NCBI GenBank assembly: GCA_042577985.1
Contig: JBHPDI010000002.1
Location: 1 to 51,001 of the forward strand
Length of the DNA: 51,001 nt
From: Halobacteriota archaeon
Lineage (GTDB): Archaea; Halobacteriota; UBA148
Direction of reading: 5' to 3'
The number at the start of each line of letters is the position of its first letter. The stretch's first letter is position 1. Positions 28,338 through 38,275 of the stretch are shown piece by piece. The translations under genes and the position numbers were made by a program. The notes below the pieces were generated by a model that saw only the letters and a program-made list of their open reading frames with translations, was not told where the DNA came from and did no database searches.

Positions 28338-28919
28338 TCATTCCCTCACAGTTGGGTTTAACACTTTGATATCTAATTCTTCCGCTTTTTTTTCTATGTC
28401 TAGGCGTTTCATCATCCCAACGGTGCCACCTATTCGAATCGCTTGATTCGCTACATCAACGTCTTCAACGTCTTTTGGACGATGCACCAAGACTTCTTCA
28501 TATCCGGATGGATGTAATCCTTTCACTTTTTTTGGACTACTATACCCTGCTTCTACTATTGCACCTTTTGCAACAATTCTTCTGCGCAACTTGTTATGAA
28601 GACCTCTCGGACGCCTCCAATTTTCATCAAGCCTCTTTCTTTTATGAGAATCATGACGTCTAAAAGCGGGTTTTTTACTTTTTTGTCGCTTTCTAACCTT
28701 GAGTAGGCGCTCTTTTATGCCTGATACGTCTCTTTTGGGTCTAAATGCATTTTGGATGCTATCTGCTATCGACGGACTAATGCCTTTCACAGAAGTGAGT
28801 CCTTCTATAGATGCTCTTTGAAGATCCTCGGCAGACTTAAATCCTGCTTCTCGTAGTGCTATAACTTTTGCTTTGCCAAGCCCCTTTATCTTGGGCAGTC
28901 CTTCGATCATTTCGCCCAT
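28338..28919 (-). CDS. rpl32e: 50S ribosomal protein L32e with N-terminal helix-hairpin-helix extension
   Basis: C-terminal core FRRHDSHKRKRL...WRRPRGLHNK...GYSSPK. N-terminal GLPKIKGLGKAKV...LTSVKGISPSIA HhH repeats. Start is ambiguous (ATG at 28919 or 28910; the track GTG is at 28928). Confidence 0.88.
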   Translation of the reverse strand: MGEMIEGLPKIKGLGKAKVIALREAGFKSAEDLQRASIEGLTSVKGISPSIADSIQNAFRPKRDVSGIKERLLKVRKRQKSKKPAFRRHDSHKRKRLDENWRRPRGLHNKLRRRIVAKGAIVEAGYSSPKKVKGLHPSGYEEVLVHRPKDVEDVDVANQAIRIGGTVGMMKRLDIEKKAEELDIKVLNPTVRE

Positions 28920-29446
28920 TGCGACCACCCGACTACATAGATTCCATCTTGGAAAACTCTAGGATCACGCCTTTTGATGCGAGTTGCTTGCTCCATATTA
29001 GCAGCAGTCTGAGCAACAGATTCCTTATCTATTCCTCTGACAAAAATTTCATCTTTAACGATCTGGATTTCTACATTAGGGAGAATCTTTGCTTTTCTTG
29101 GCTTTCTTTCACCTAAAAAGTTGCCAATTGAAACCGTGCTCCCTTCGACTTTAACTTGGATGGGAAAGTGGGCATATACTACCTTTGATTTGTATTCGAA
29201 CCCCTTTGTTACGCCCATAATCATGTTTTTGACGTGCGAGGTAAATGTACCTACCATTGCGCTTTGCGCTTTACCGACAAATTTGGTATCTACCACCACT
29301 TTTGAATCGGTTTTTGTTATCGTAATTCCAGGATACACAAACTCTCGCTGCAATTCACCCTTTGGACCAGATATCTTTACTCTATAATCTTCAATGATTA
29401 CGTTTGCTTCTTCTGGAATAGAAATGTCAACTTTCGTCTCTCTCAT
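28907..29446 (-). CDS. rpl6: 50S ribosomal protein L6
   Basis: 179 aa with VKISGPKGEL, YAHFPI and GIDKE..VGQTAANME-like pattern. Confidence 0.92.
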   Translation of the reverse strand: MRETKVDISIPEEANVIIEDYRVKISGPKGELQREFVYPGITITKTDSKVVVDTKFVGKAQSAMVGTFTSHVKNMIMGVTKGFEYKSKVVYAHFPIQVKVEGSTVSIGNFLGERKPRKAKILPNVEIQIVKDEIFVRGIDKESVAQTAANMEQATRIKRRDPRVFQDGIYVVGWSQWAK

Positions 29447-29452
29447 CGTACA

Positions 29453-29839
29453 TCACCATACATATGCAAGTAATTTCCCGCCTACGCCTTTTTCCTTAGC
29501 TTCATAATGAGGTATTACACCTTCAGAAGTCGTGAGGATCAGGGCACCAAAGTCTCTAGCCGGTAAGAATTGTTTTTCCCATTTTTCAAAATCAGTCTTT
29601 TGGACAGAAAACCGTGGCTTTATAACCCCACATTTGTTTATTTTGCCATTTAATTGTATTTTAAAAAATCCTGACTTTTCATCATCGATGAACTCGAAAC
29701 CTCCGATATATCCTTGGTCTTGCATGACCTTGAGTACACTGGCTATGAGCTTTGATGCTTTTAACACACACTCGGGCTTTCCGATATTCTCGGCATTCTT
29801 TATCGTTGATAAAGCATTGGCAAGTGAATCTAACATCAT
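29453..29839 (-). CDS. rps8: 30S ribosomal protein S8
   Basis: [15 protein letters not shown]...[12 protein letters not shown]...TTSEGV motifs. Confidence 0.93.
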   Translation of the reverse strand: MMLDSLANALSTIKNAENIGKPECVLKASKLIASVLKVMQDQGYIGGFEFIDDEKSGFFKIQLNGKINKCGVIKPRFSVQKTDFEKWEKQFLPARDFGALILTTSEGVIPHYEAKEKGVGGKLLAYVW

Positions 29840-29848
29840 GTAAACACC

Positions 29849-29989
29849 TCAACTATATTTTTTGAACCCCATGTCTTTCGCAATCTCTCTGAAGCATTGT
29901 CTGCATAGATAAATGTCATATTTTCTAACCAACCCTTGTTTTCTGCCACACCTTTTACAGGAATTTGCACCTCGCCCGAACTTTTTCAT
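29849..29989 (-). CDS. rps14: 30S ribosomal protein S14, zinc-ribbon type (46 aa; not in the ORF track)
   Basis: Hand translation gives [46 protein letters not shown], with CxxC...CxxC. ATGA overlap with the rpl5 stop. Confidence 0.9.
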   Translation of the reverse strand: MKKFGRGANSCKRCGRKQGLVRKYDIYLCRQCFREIAKDMGFKKYS

Positions 29990-30489
29990 ATTGACACCAC
30001 ACCAAATTCTTCCTTGACAAACGTGATTACATCTTCCTTATTTATTCTGTGACTTTTAGGAATTTTTCTTCTTTGAATTTGCCTTTTACTTATCCTGTAG
30101 CCAGGTCGCTGTAAAACAACGGTGACGTCCATACCAAATATGCCAATATCTGGATCGTACTCCATCTCAGGAAAATCAGTATGCTCCTCTATGCCGAAGG
30201 AGAAATTACCGGATTTATCGAACTGTTGCTGATACAATTTTTTATCCTTTGTCTCAAATGCCTTTTTCAAAAAATCTTCAGCCCTTTTTTTCCTGAGCGT
30301 TACCTTGCAACCAATTGGCTCGCCATTTTTTATCCCAAAAGTTTTTGCTTTAGCTGCAGTAGTTCGAACTGGTTTTTGACCAGTTATTTTTCCCATTATA
30401 TCCTCAGCATTCAGTAATCTTTGTCCACCCTCACCTAAACACATGTTAACCGTGACTTTGTAGATTTTTATGCATCGCATTGGATTCAT
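29986..30489 (-). CDS. rpl5: 50S ribosomal protein L5
   Basis: [16 protein letters not shown]...[20 protein letters not shown] motifs. Confidence 0.93.
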   Translation of the reverse strand: MNPMRCIKIYKVTVNMCLGEGGQRLLNAEDIMGKITGQKPVRTTAAKAKTFGIKNGEPIGCKVTLRKKRAEDFLKKAFETKDKKLYQQQFDKSGNFSFGIEEHTDFPEMEYDPDIGIFGMDVTVVLQRPGYRISKRQIQRRKIPKSHRINKEDVITFVKEEFGVVSI

Positions 30490-31181
30490 TTATCCACCCC
30501 TAAGTCAATCTCTAATTTTGTGGTACCGATGACAAAAACATAGTCTTCTATAACCTCGAATTCCTTTTCAGCTTTAATTTTCACCATGTTTGGTCGTGGA
30601 CTTCTCACTTGTTTTACTTCTTTTATAGGGCCAATTTCTCCCGAATGTTTACCACCTATAACCATGACAAGATTTCCAGGTTTGCACTCAAGATGCTTTG
30701 TTATTTTCCGCTGAGGCAATTCTAGCAAGATTGAGTCACCGGTTTTATAGTCGTTTGAAGCGATTATGTTTGAGCCATCATGCAGGTTAAGTTGAACTGC
30801 ACCCCCCCGTATCGTTGTTTTGTTCTTAATCTTGCATAGTTTGATATCTGAATTCTTAGTTGGATGAAGAACGAAGCGCCCTTTAGTATCGAGTAATACC
30901 CTATAATGTTTCTTTATAGATGGTATGGAGACTATGCTAAAAATGCCTATAGGGAATCGATGATCCTTTTTTATAACACCATCAACTAGAATTTTCCCTT
31001 CGTTTAGAATATGCCGGATCTCTTTAGTATTCTGACCAAGCTTCAATATATCTCTCAATGCTATGATCAAAGATATAGATTCCTTCTTTGAGTAAGGACC
31101 GGAACTTGGTCTAGTAATCCATAAATTTGTTTTTCTGGTTATTGGCCAGGAAGTAGGTGCTGATAATCTTTTTTGATGCAT
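30486..31181 (-). CDS. rps4e: 30S ribosomal protein S4e
   Basis: MHQKRLSAP..WPI.RK...ILVDG..KKDHRFPIG motifs in 231 aa. Confidence 0.93.
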   Translation of the reverse strand: MHQKRLSAPTSWPITRKTNLWITRPSSGPYSKKESISLIIALRDILKLGQNTKEIRHILNEGKILVDGVIKKDHRFPIGIFSIVSIPSIKKHYRVLLDTKGRFVLHPTKNSDIKLCKIKNKTTIRGGAVQLNLHDGSNIIASNDYKTGDSILLELPQRKITKHLECKPGNLVMVIGGKHSGEIGPIKEVKQVRSPRPNMVKIKAEKEFEVIEDYVFVIGTTKLEIDLGVDK

Positions 31182-31541
31182 TTATTCCCCCCTCTCAAGG
31201 ATGTCCTTTCGAAACTTATCTTTCAGATTTAATTTAGTAATAATGACATTGGAGGGGTATGTTGGTCTCGCTATCTCAGAGCCATCTGATTTTTCCAAAG
31301 TAATGCCGTCGATCAGCAGAATACCGCGCTTTATATCCACAGTCTGAACTTTACCCTCCGTACCAGCACGATCTCCTCGCACCACTTTCACTACATCGCC
31401 TTTTACGACCCGAGCATTACGTTTGGAATATTTCTCTCTCTGGACCTCGCTAAGTGGCGCTCTCAAGAATTTTTGTCGCCTATGCAATGGCGCATTCATC
31501 CTTTCTCGACGCTGCTTTCTTGGCTGTTTAGATATGGACAT
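31182..31541 (-). CDS. rpl24: 50S ribosomal protein L24
   Basis: KQPRKQR...VKGDVVKVVRGD.AGTEGKV KOW motif. Confidence 0.92.
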   Translation of the reverse strand: MSISKQPRKQRRERMNAPLHRRQKFLRAPLSEVQREKYSKRNARVVKGDVVKVVRGDRAGTEGKVQTVDIKRGILLIDGITLEKSDGSEIARPTYPSNVIITKLNLKDKFRKDILERGE

Positions 31542-31550
31542 TTGGATACC

Positions 31551-31949
31551 TCATGCTATCATCGTTGCCGCTGATGCTATCTTTGAGAAGCGTTCTGCCA
31601 CCTCTCTGGCTACAGGTCCTTTGATATCTGTACCTTTTAGTTCCCCTTTTTCATCTGTGATAACTGCCGCATTGTCGTCAAATTTGACTCTAAGGCCGTT
31701 TGGACGTCTAAATTCCTTCTTCTGCCTGATGATCACTGCACGAAGGACTTGTTTTCTCATCTCAGGAGTGCCCTTTTTAACCGAAACAACTACCATCTCC
31801 CCTATACCTGCCTTTGGCTGCCTTCGTTTTACGCCCCTATAACCAATGACTGAGATGACCTGAAGGACCTTTGCACCCGTATTGTCAACACACTTTAGCG
31901 AAGTGCCAGTTTGAATAGAACGCGGTATCTTAGCTTTCATTCCCCTCAT
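31551..31949 (-). CDS. rpl14: 50S ribosomal protein L14
   Basis: [10 protein letters not shown]...[11 protein letters not shown]...FDDNA.V motifs. An alternative ATG is at 31940. Confidence 0.93.
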   Translation of the reverse strand: MRGMKAKIPRSIQTGTSLKCVDNTGAKVLQVISVIGYRGVKRRQPKAGIGEMVVVSVKKGTPEMRKQVLRAVIIRQKKEFRRPNGLRVKFDDNAAVITDEKGELKGTDIKGPVAREVAERFSKIASAATMIA

Positions 31950-31950
31950 A

Positions 31951-32271
31951 TCATGTCACCTGGATTATCACAAAGCTCTTTGTCTTGCTCAGCGGTCGAC
32001 ACTCAGCTATCTTCACCAAATCCCCCTCCTTAGCATCTATGCATGGTGGGTTATGTGCATGGATTTTTGATCGTCTCTTCTCACGTCGCTTATATTTCTG
32101 CGACCTCCTGGTGAATTCTCGCTTTACAACGGCCGTCTTTTTTATCTTAGAACTGACAACTTCTCCCTCTAGAAGTTGCCCTCTAACTGGAAGAGTACCG
32201 TGGAACGGGCAATTTGGATCATCACATTCTTTTTTGGGTACGGTTACATCCAATCCAATATCTCTTACCAT
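31951..32271 (-). CDS. rps17: 30S ribosomal protein S17
   Basis: [14 protein letters not shown]...[21 protein letters not shown] motifs. Confidence 0.93.
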   Translation of the reverse strand: MVRDIGLDVTVPKKECDDPNCPFHGTLPVRGQLLEGEVVSSKIKKTAVVKREFTRRSQKYKRREKRRSKIHAHNPPCIDAKEGDLVKIAECRPLSKTKSFVIIQVT

Positions 32272-32540
32272 CTCTTCTCTCCTCTTAATCTCCTTTTTAT
32301 CCTGTCTTCTGGTCTTGAAACTAGGAGCACACCATCAACTTTGACCTTGTTATCTGGGATAGAAAAGGCGAATGTAGAGCATTCCTTCGGTATTTTTTTA
32401 TCCCCTATAACAAGCATGTTTCGAGTCTCATCCACGATTTTTCCTTTGATTCCTATCAAGCTGGAGTTCGTGCTAGCGATGACTTCTGCAAAAAGTCCGA
32501 TTAACTCATGATAAATTAGGTTATTTGGAGTGATACCCAC
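32265..32540 (-). CDS. rnp1: RNase P protein component 1 (Rpp29/Pop4)
   Basis: [31 protein letters not shown] Sm-like fold signature, in the conserved slot between rpl29 and rps17. GTG start. Confidence 0.85.
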   Translation of the reverse strand: MGITPNNLIYHELIGLFAEVIASTNSSLIGIKGKIVDETRNMLVIGDKKIPKECSTFAFSIPDNKVKVDGVLLVSRPEDRIKRRLRGEKRW

Positions 32541-32744
32541 CTATGTTTCCCCCTGCTCTCGTTGGATTGTCTTGATTCTGGCTATTGTGCGTCTTATCTC
32601 TCGAATTCTGCCCGGATTATCCGGTGCGCCACCTGCAGAAGCTATGGCCCTCTCTCGAATGAGCTCGTCCTTAAGCTTGAATAGCTGCTCTTCTCTTTCT
32701 TCAGACGTCATTTCTCTGATCTCGTCGGGCCGTAATATTGCCAT
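32541..32744 (-). CDS. rpl29: 50S ribosomal protein L29
   Basis: [21 protein letters not shown] pattern. ATG at 32744 is 1 nt into the rps3 stop codon. Confidence 0.9.
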   Translation of the reverse strand: MAILRPDEIREMTSEEREEQLFKLKDELIRERAIASAGGAPDNPGRIREIRRTIARIKTIQREQGET

Positions 32745-33571
32745 CACTTGCCACCTTTGACTTTGGATTTTTTAGAACCTGGTGCCTTTTCTTTGGGTTT
32801 TGTTTTAGACTTTTTATTCTGAACCTCTTCTTTAGTCCCTTTCTTTTCTTTATCTACTTTCTCTGCTTTTGAAATCTCTTTTTTAGGCTTATCTTCGAAT
32901 TTGGCAATTTCTTCAGGTTTTTTAACTACTACTTTATCTTCGCTCGTCTCTTTTGGAGTCTCTTCTATAGCTTTCTCTTTATCGATAACGTTGAAATCGT
33001 CTGGCAACTTCACACCAGGAGGGACTATCCTAACTTTTACTCCAATAGTTCCCAGCTTTTTGGTCGCAACAGCATAGCCCGCATCAACTATTTGCTCAAC
33101 CGACTCTCCGGCGTGTTTTATATATCCATCCAGAAATTTTTCTATCCTCTTTCTAGGACCAGTGATCTTTCCAGAGATTACAATCTCACATCCTAGTGCA
33201 CCCGCATGCATTATTCTTTGCAAAGTGACACGACCGGCTTTTCTAAAATACCATCCTCTTTCTAATGCGTTAGCAAGACCAGTTGCCATCATTTGTGCAT
33301 TTAACTCTGGCTTTTCGACCTCTTGCACGTCGATTTGTGGGTTGTCCAAATTGAACTGAGTATCTAGGTCTTGTGTAAGCTTGCGTATGGTTTTTCCTGC
33401 CCTTCCAATGACCATTCCGGGCTTTTCAGCATAGATCGTGATCTGCGTTCCCATCGGAGTTCTGGTCATTTTCATTCCACCATAACTAGATCTGGACAGT
33501 CTTTTCATGAAACATTCGTTCATCATGGCTTTTTGTAGACCATCTTGAACGAACTTCTTTTCAACGGCCAT
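32744..33571 (-). CDS. rps3: 30S ribosomal protein S3 with ~70-aa Lys/Glu-rich C-terminal tail
   Basis: KH-domain core ([16 protein letters not shown]) and a GAxG.EI.ISGK motif, followed by a low-complexity KEKxK tail. Confidence 0.93.
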   Translation of the reverse strand: MAVEKKFVQDGLQKAMMNECFMKRLSRSSYGGMKMTRTPMGTQITIYAEKPGMVIGRAGKTIRKLTQDLDTQFNLDNPQIDVQEVEKPELNAQMMATGLANALERGWYFRKAGRVTLQRIMHAGALGCEIVISGKITGPRKRIEKFLDGYIKHAGESVEQIVDAGYAVATKKLGTIGVKVRIVPPGVKLPDDFNVIDKEKAIEETPKETSEDKVVVKKPEEIAKFEDKPKKEISKAEKVDKEKKGTKEEVQNKKSKTKPKEKAPGSKKSKVKGGK

Positions 33572-34032
33572 TAGTGCACCTCTTCTAAGATTATTTCGAT
33601 TGTCACAGTTTCACCATGCTTTGGCGTAGATCGACCCATCGCTCGTGCGAAAAACCCATCGATAACTCGCCCTCTATTGGCAGACATATGTAAGATATGC
33701 ATGTGATCCGGCTCAAGACCTTTATATTCGGCATTGCTCTCTGCATTATTTAGTAGTCTTAGGATTTCAGAGGCGGCCTTCTGAGGATATCGTCCCGCAT
33801 CCCATTTATATAGCCCTTTCCTATGGCCGACGTTTTTATTATGCCGTTTAAACGGAACAGCCCTCTTCAATGCTATCACATCATTTAGATATTCCTTCGC
33901 CTTGGAAATGCGCATGGTTTTTAGCTCGCGGCAAATCTCAATCGCATGTCTTGGTGAGATGTTAGCTTCGTAACACATGGCCCTTGCCGTCTTGTCCGAC
34001 TTTAGATCTATGGAATAATTCACTCTTGACAT
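33571..34032 (-). CDS. rpl22: 50S ribosomal protein L22
   Basis: [22 protein letters not shown]...[10 protein letters not shown] pattern. ATG at 34032; the track start is GTG. Confidence 0.92.
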   Translation of the reverse strand: MSRVNYSIDLKSDKTARAMCYEANISPRHAIEICRELKTMRISKAKEYLNDVIALKRAVPFKRHNKNVGHRKGLYKWDAGRYPQKAASEILRLLNNAESNAEYKGLEPDHMHILHMSANRGRVIDGFFARAMGRSTPKHGETVTIEIILEEVH

Positions 34033-34037
34033 TTTAA

Positions 34038-34448
34038 TCACTTCAGTGGCACATATCTACTGGATCTGGTAGCACCGATGCCTGCACTTCCATGTGAAAC
34101 TTTCCTACGTGTTAGAGAAAACTCGCCCAGATAATGTCCTATCATCTCTGGCAGAATTTCTACACTATTGAATTGTTTACCATCGTGTATCTCAAAGGTT
34201 ATACCGATCATCTCCGGCAATACTATCATGTCTCTTAAATGTGTTCTTACCACTTTTCCACTCTGAATTCGTTGCAATACTTTCTTTTGGTTTTCCGAGA
34301 TACCTCTCTGGAGTGTACGTCTCTGTCTCGCCGGGAGCAACTCAGTTACTTGCTCTAAACTCATCTTTTTTAGCTCGTCGACCCCGTAACCCCTATATTT
34401 AAATTCTTCTTTTCTTCTCGGTGTTCGCACTCTTTTATCCTTAGCCAT
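34038..34448 (-). CDS. rps19: 30S ribosomal protein S19
   Basis: [12 protein letters not shown]...[13 protein letters not shown]....[22 protein letters not shown] at 34448 follows the rpl2 stop. Confidence 0.92.
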   Translation of the reverse strand: MAKDKRVRTPRRKEEFKYRGYGVDELKKMSLEQVTELLPARQRRTLQRGISENQKKVLQRIQSGKVVRTHLRDMIVLPEMIGITFEIHDGKQFNSVEILPEMIGHYLGEFSLTRRKVSHGSAGIGATRSSRYVPLK

Positions 34449-34458
34449 CACAACACCT

Positions 34459-35172
34459 CTATCGTTTTCCTGTCCTACGGGCTGCGATAGATCCAACTTT
34501 CATCCCTGGTGGAGCACCTCTACCCACAGTCTTAGGTCTTCCGGGGTGTTGACCTCCTCCTCCGCCAAATGGATGGTCAACCACATTCATCGCAACACCC
34601 CTTACTCGTGGGTACTTTCCCGCCCGTGATTTCATTTTATAGTATTTATTGCCAGCCTTAACGAATGGCTTATCAATCCGCCCCCCTCCTGCGACGACGC
34701 CGATAGTTGCCTTACATCTAGGATTTAACCATTTAACTTCGCCGCTTGGTAATTGCACCACAGTTTTGTGAACATCATGGGCTACCAAAAGGCTATATAC
34801 TCCCGATGCTCTGGCGAAAGAACCACCATCTCCTGGTTGGTTTTCTATATTACATATTGGAATTCCCTCGGGAATTTCTGCCAGAGGCAACGTATTGCCT
34901 TGTTTTATCTCTGCAGATACGCCACATGCGATATTATCGCCTACAGCAACACCTTCGGGTATGAGAAGCAGTCGCTCTGTACCATTATCAAAACGGACTC
35001 TTGCTATGGGGGCACTCCTAGCAGGATCATGCTCTATGCCAACAACTGTTCCTTTAACAGTTTCCCCATCATCTGTTTTTACATGCTGAAGATCTGCTTT
35101 GTATTTGTGAGAAGGAGCCCTATACGTGGGTGTTCCTTTTCCCCTATTCTGAGATATTAGTCGCTTTCCCAT
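34459..35172 (-). CDS. rpl2: 50S ribosomal protein L2
   Basis: [13 protein letters not shown]...[15 protein letters not shown] motifs. Start trimmed from 35208 to the ATG at 35172, after the rpl23 stop. Confidence 0.94.
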   Translation of the reverse strand: MGKRLISQNRGKGTPTYRAPSHKYKADLQHVKTDDGETVKGTVVGIEHDPARSAPIARVRFDNGTERLLLIPEGVAVGDNIACGVSAEIKQGNTLPLAEIPEGIPICNIENQPGDGGSFARASGVYSLLVAHDVHKTVVQLPSGEVKWLNPRCKATIGVVAGGGRIDKPFVKAGNKYYKMKSRAGKYPRVRGVAMNVVDHPFGGGGGQHPGRPKTVGRGAPPGMKVGSIAARRTGKR

Positions 35173-35182
35173 TTTTTCACCT

Positions 35183-35425
35183 TTAGAAGACTCCCAATCT
35201 CGTTGCAATTTCTTCAGCAGAGTCGTCTGGAGAAATGGTTACGATAGCTTTTTTCCCTTTTCGAGTAATCATTGTCTTAATATCTATGACAGCGATCTCG
35301 TATTTCTCCTCGATCTCTTTTTTGATCTGATCCTTCGTTGATCTCATATCTACTATAAACTGAAGCTTGTTTTCAGCATCAATTCCTAAAGATGCTTTTT
35401 CAGTTACATAGGGGTGTTTGATCAT
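35183..35425 (-). CDS. rpl23: 50S ribosomal protein L23
   Basis: 80 aa with [10 protein letters not shown]...LQFIVD..STK.QIK.EIE..Y pattern. Confidence 0.92.
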   Translation of the reverse strand: MIKHPYVTEKASLGIDAENKLQFIVDMRSTKDQIKKEIEEKYEIAVIDIKTMITRKGKKAIVTISPDDSAEEIATRLGVF

Positions 35426-36177
35426 CCAAAAACCTCCTCTAGCTTGGATATAGAGGACTTAGTCCAGATTGTCAGTCTACCCGGATTTGCACCAGGTGCG
35501 AGCAGTTCCGCATTTAACGACTCTACAAGCACGGTATCGGTGCCAGGTAGATTGCGCGTTGCTCGAAATATGCCCCTATCTTCACAGGTTACGATCAGAA
35601 TACTCTTTTTACGTTTATACTTTCTGCCCCTCATCTTGCCTTTGCCAGCCCTAATTTTTTTATTTTTTGCCCTAAGAACATCATCCCACAGATCAATAGC
35701 TTGTAAAAATTCCTTCATCTCAGATACCTTAGTCAACTCCTCTAGAGAATCTTCGATGATTATCGGCAGTTCTCTATCAAACTTGTGACCCCTGCTCCTG
35801 ACCATAGATGGGTTAGCAGTAGCAGCTATTGCAGACCTTATCGCTTTTCTTCGCTCTTTTTTATTGATCTTTTCAGAGAGGTCTTTTTGCACCTTGGGAG
35901 GATGGGCCCTTCTTCCGCCCACAGCGAAAGGAACTATTGCGGCTCTCCTGCCATCCTTGATTCTTGGTGCCCTAGAGACGGCCCTACCAACGCCCCACCC
36001 CTTAGCGGATGACCTCATGCCAGCATATACATTCGAGCCATATGGCTGCAACCTGTTGGCCTGAGCGGCAATGACCGCCTTCTTGATCAAATCAGGCCTG
36101 TATACCTCCTCGAAGATTTTGGGTAGCTCTATATTACCCTTGACATTTCCAGATATATCTATAATTCGTGCCTCCAT
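35422..36177 (-). CDS. rpl4: 50S ribosomal protein L4
   Basis: 251 aa with QPYGSN..AG...SA..WG.GR.VSR.PR and GGRRAHPPK motifs. Confidence 0.93.
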   Translation of the reverse strand: MEARIIDISGNVKGNIELPKIFEEVYRPDLIKKAVIAAQANRLQPYGSNVYAGMRSSAKGWGVGRAVSRAPRIKDGRRAAIVPFAVGGRRAHPPKVQKDLSEKINKKERRKAIRSAIAATANPSMVRSRGHKFDRELPIIIEDSLEELTKVSEMKEFLQAIDLWDDVLRAKNKKIRAGKGKMRGRKYKRKKSILIVTCEDRGIFRATRNLPGTDTVLVESLNAELLAPGANPGRLTIWTKSSISKLEEVFG

Positions 36178-36181
36178 TTTA

Positions 36182-37195
36182 TCATCCTTGCTTAGATTCG
36201 GTGCTCACATAACTGATTTCTGGAATGCTTTTTGAAACCATTGGTGGTCTTATTGCCGGACGCATCCGAATTAAACGTTTTACTGAACCCGGAACAGTTC
36301 CTTTGAGTATCACGAACCCATTACCGATTGTCCCATATTTCAGGAACCCACCTTTTGGATTTACGTCCTCTGAATCAGAACCTATCCGCAGAATTTGTTT
36401 ATTGAGCTCGGTACGCTGATGGTATCCCATTTGCCCTAGCTGAGGCACCTGCCATCTTATTCTGGCTGGATGCCATGGTCCAAGCGTTCCAATATGTCTT
36501 GTTTTACCAGCCCTAGCATGCTTGTGTTTTCGAACCTGAACTCCCCATCTTTTCACAGGACCTTGTGTTCCCTTTCCTTTTGTGATAGCAGCAACGTCGA
36601 TCAACTCTCCGTCATTGAAGACGTCTGATATGTTAATCTCTTTTCCGAGAATTTTCTTCGCATACTCAAACCTAGCGGAGATATCTCCTCCCCCTATTCT
36701 ATTTTCCATCACATCTGGCTTTTTTTTCGGGATGCCAGAAATCATGGCAGGAAGTGTATAAGTCAGTACAAAAATGTCATCTACAATGCCTTCGGAAATT
36801 GACTCCTCAATTTTCTTCAATGCTGCTTGGATGTCATGGTTTTTTGGTGGTGGTGACGACCTGTTAAACTCCGGATCAAGTTCCTTTGCCCATGCCTCTG
36901 TTATGGACTTTGTACCATAAGGAGTATGATCGTAGGCTCTAATCGCTGCTATTTTCATAGAAGGAGTCTCAAGGATTGTTACTGGAACGGATATTTCCAT
37001 GCCCTCTGTCAGACTATGTGTTTGATTATCTACCATTAGCACGTGAGTCATTCCTGCTTTATAGCCGGCAAAACCTTGCATTTTTGGCTCTCCGTCGCCT
37101 TTTGACCAAGATCTAAATCTAGCTACAGCTGTACTTGCCCGCTTTCTTGGGCTGAACGCTAAAGATCCTCTCCTCGGACGGTGTTTGTTTGCCAT
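36182..37195 (-). CDS. rpl3: 50S ribosomal protein L3
   Basis: [16 protein letters not shown]...GYKAGMTH...[14 protein letters not shown] motifs in 337 aa. Confidence 0.95.
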   Translation of the reverse strand: MANKHRPRRGSLAFSPRKRASTAVARFRSWSKGDGEPKMQGFAGYKAGMTHVLMVDNQTHSLTEGMEISVPVTILETPSMKIAAIRAYDHTPYGTKSITEAWAKELDPEFNRSSPPPKNHDIQAALKKIEESISEGIVDDIFVLTYTLPAMISGIPKKKPDVMENRIGGGDISARFEYAKKILGKEINISDVFNDGELIDVAAITKGKGTQGPVKRWGVQVRKHKHARAGKTRHIGTLGPWHPARIRWQVPQLGQMGYHQRTELNKQILRIGSDSEDVNPKGGFLKYGTIGNGFVILKGTVPGSVKRLIRMRPAIRPPMVSKSIPEISYVSTESKQG

Positions 37196-37196
37196 T

Positions 37197-38012
37197 TTAC
37201 CTCCTGATTATATTTAACATTGCCAGAGTTGCAGATATCGCCTCTTCTGTTCTGATTGTATTGGTCCCTTGATGTGGGATCGTGTTGATTATGTAGTCTG
37301 AGAGGTCTGAGAGTAGTAAACCCTCCCCCTCTAGAATGGAATCAAGTCCCCTATTTGGGGAACCGAATACAATCGAGACTTCGCTCTGCATCGCCTCTCT
37401 TAGCCTGGATAGCATTTTTACACCCAAGACTTCGCCACATTTGGATGTCGCAATCACCCTGGACTGTTCTTTCAGAGCTTTGCCCAATGTACCCGAGACC
37501 TGGGTTTGGTACCCCCAATAAAGTGGGATTTGTTCCTTGTTTGCAAGTTTAACCTTTAATTGCCTTCGCGAAAATATTTTGACGGTTACACGCTCCCCCT
37601 TATTCACAATTTTATCTGTGCATAAAGGGACTGGGCTTTGGATTCCGATATCAACCCAAGCGTTTTCGCCAAGTCCAACTTTGGTTACGATTCCCTCTCT
37701 AAATTCTCCCATCTTAGGAGCCTGCAATGGATGGTGTGGAGTTCGCAGTGGTGGGATGACACCCACATACTTTAGCTCATCTCTCAAGGGAAATAATTGC
37801 TTACGCAGGTACTGCGGTGTTTCCGCATACCTAAGCACTAGGTCGATGAACTTGCTGTCATCGTACTCCGGATCTTTGTAGATTATGATCTTATCCACCC
37901 TGAATATAGAAGCCAATCTGGCGATTTGTCCTACCTTGTATGTCTTGATTCTTGGATCTTTGCTTTCAGATGTCAGGGAGGATGGTATCAGTATTGACAG
38001 ATAGCAATACAT
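37197..38012 (-). CDS. SPOUT-superfamily putative RNA methyltransferase (COG2106/DUF171-like)
   Basis: 271 aa with SILIPSSL...PRIKTYKVGQIARLASIFRVDKIIIY and C-terminal IVFGSP..GL...INTIP.QGT.TIRTEEA knot-like motifs. First gene of the rpl3 operon, as in many archaea. Confidence 0.7.
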   Translation of the reverse strand: MYCYLSILIPSSLTSESKDPRIKTYKVGQIARLASIFRVDKIIIYKDPEYDDSKFIDLVLRYAETPQYLRKQLFPLRDELKYVGVIPPLRTPHHPLQAPKMGEFREGIVTKVGLGENAWVDIGIQSPVPLCTDKIVNKGERVTVKIFSRRQLKVKLANKEQIPLYWGYQTQVSGTLGKALKEQSRVIATSKCGEVLGVKMLSRLREAMQSEVSIVFGSPNRGLDSILEGEGLLLSDLSDYIINTIPHQGTNTIRTEEAISATLAMLNIIRR

Positions 38013-38054
38013 TGCTGTTATCCATGCATTTTCCGTGTATATAACGCTGTCTTT

Positions 38055-38062
38055 TATTTAAA
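38055..38062 (-). promoter_or_regulatory. TATA-box candidate for the SPOUT-rpl3 ribosomal protein operon
   Basis: Minus strand reads AAAACCTTTAAATAAAAG. TTTAAATA matches the archaeal TATA consensus TTTAWATA and lies 43-50 nt upstream of the ATG at 38012. Confidence 0.4.
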
Positions 38063-38063
38063 G

Positions 38064-38133
38064 GTTTTCATAAAGAAGGTCTTGCACATAAAGTCGGTCT
38101 TGCACATAAAGTCCGAATTCTGCACATAAAGTC
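38064..38133 (+). repeat. phased iteron array: TTGCACATAAAGT x3 plus one degenerate in-phase copy
   Basis: Cores start at 38082, 38100 (both perfect) and 38120 (CTGCACATAAAGT). A degenerate CATAAAG core at 38069-38075 is in 18-nt phase. Spacings are 18, 18 and 20 nt, and the spacers are unrelated to each other. Confidence 0.85.
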
Positions 38134-38275
38134 ATACTTTTTAAGCTTCTTCAATAATTTTATCTAGCCCATTCGTCATCTCGGTCTATAGCTTATATCT
38201 ATTGACCTAAAAATACATAAAGATTGATTGCTTTAAGGAGTATAGAATAGAAAAGAAGGAATAAAGGCGATTATC

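Noticed and set aside
28700-28919. N-terminal helix-hairpin-helix extension on ribosomal protein L32e
   Set aside because: Long N-terminally extended L32e proteins are already known in haloarchaea and related euryarchaea. It is lineage-typical.
38078-38133. The TTGCACATAAAGT arrays considered as a CRISPR array or as transposon terminal inverted repeats
   Set aside because: The 18-20-nt period with 5-7-nt spacers is far too short for CRISPR. No transposase, integrase or target-site duplication is visible, and the enclosed genes (rtcB, mgtC-like) are ordinary cellular genes. The cassette-end idea is kept only as a minor alternative in the finding.
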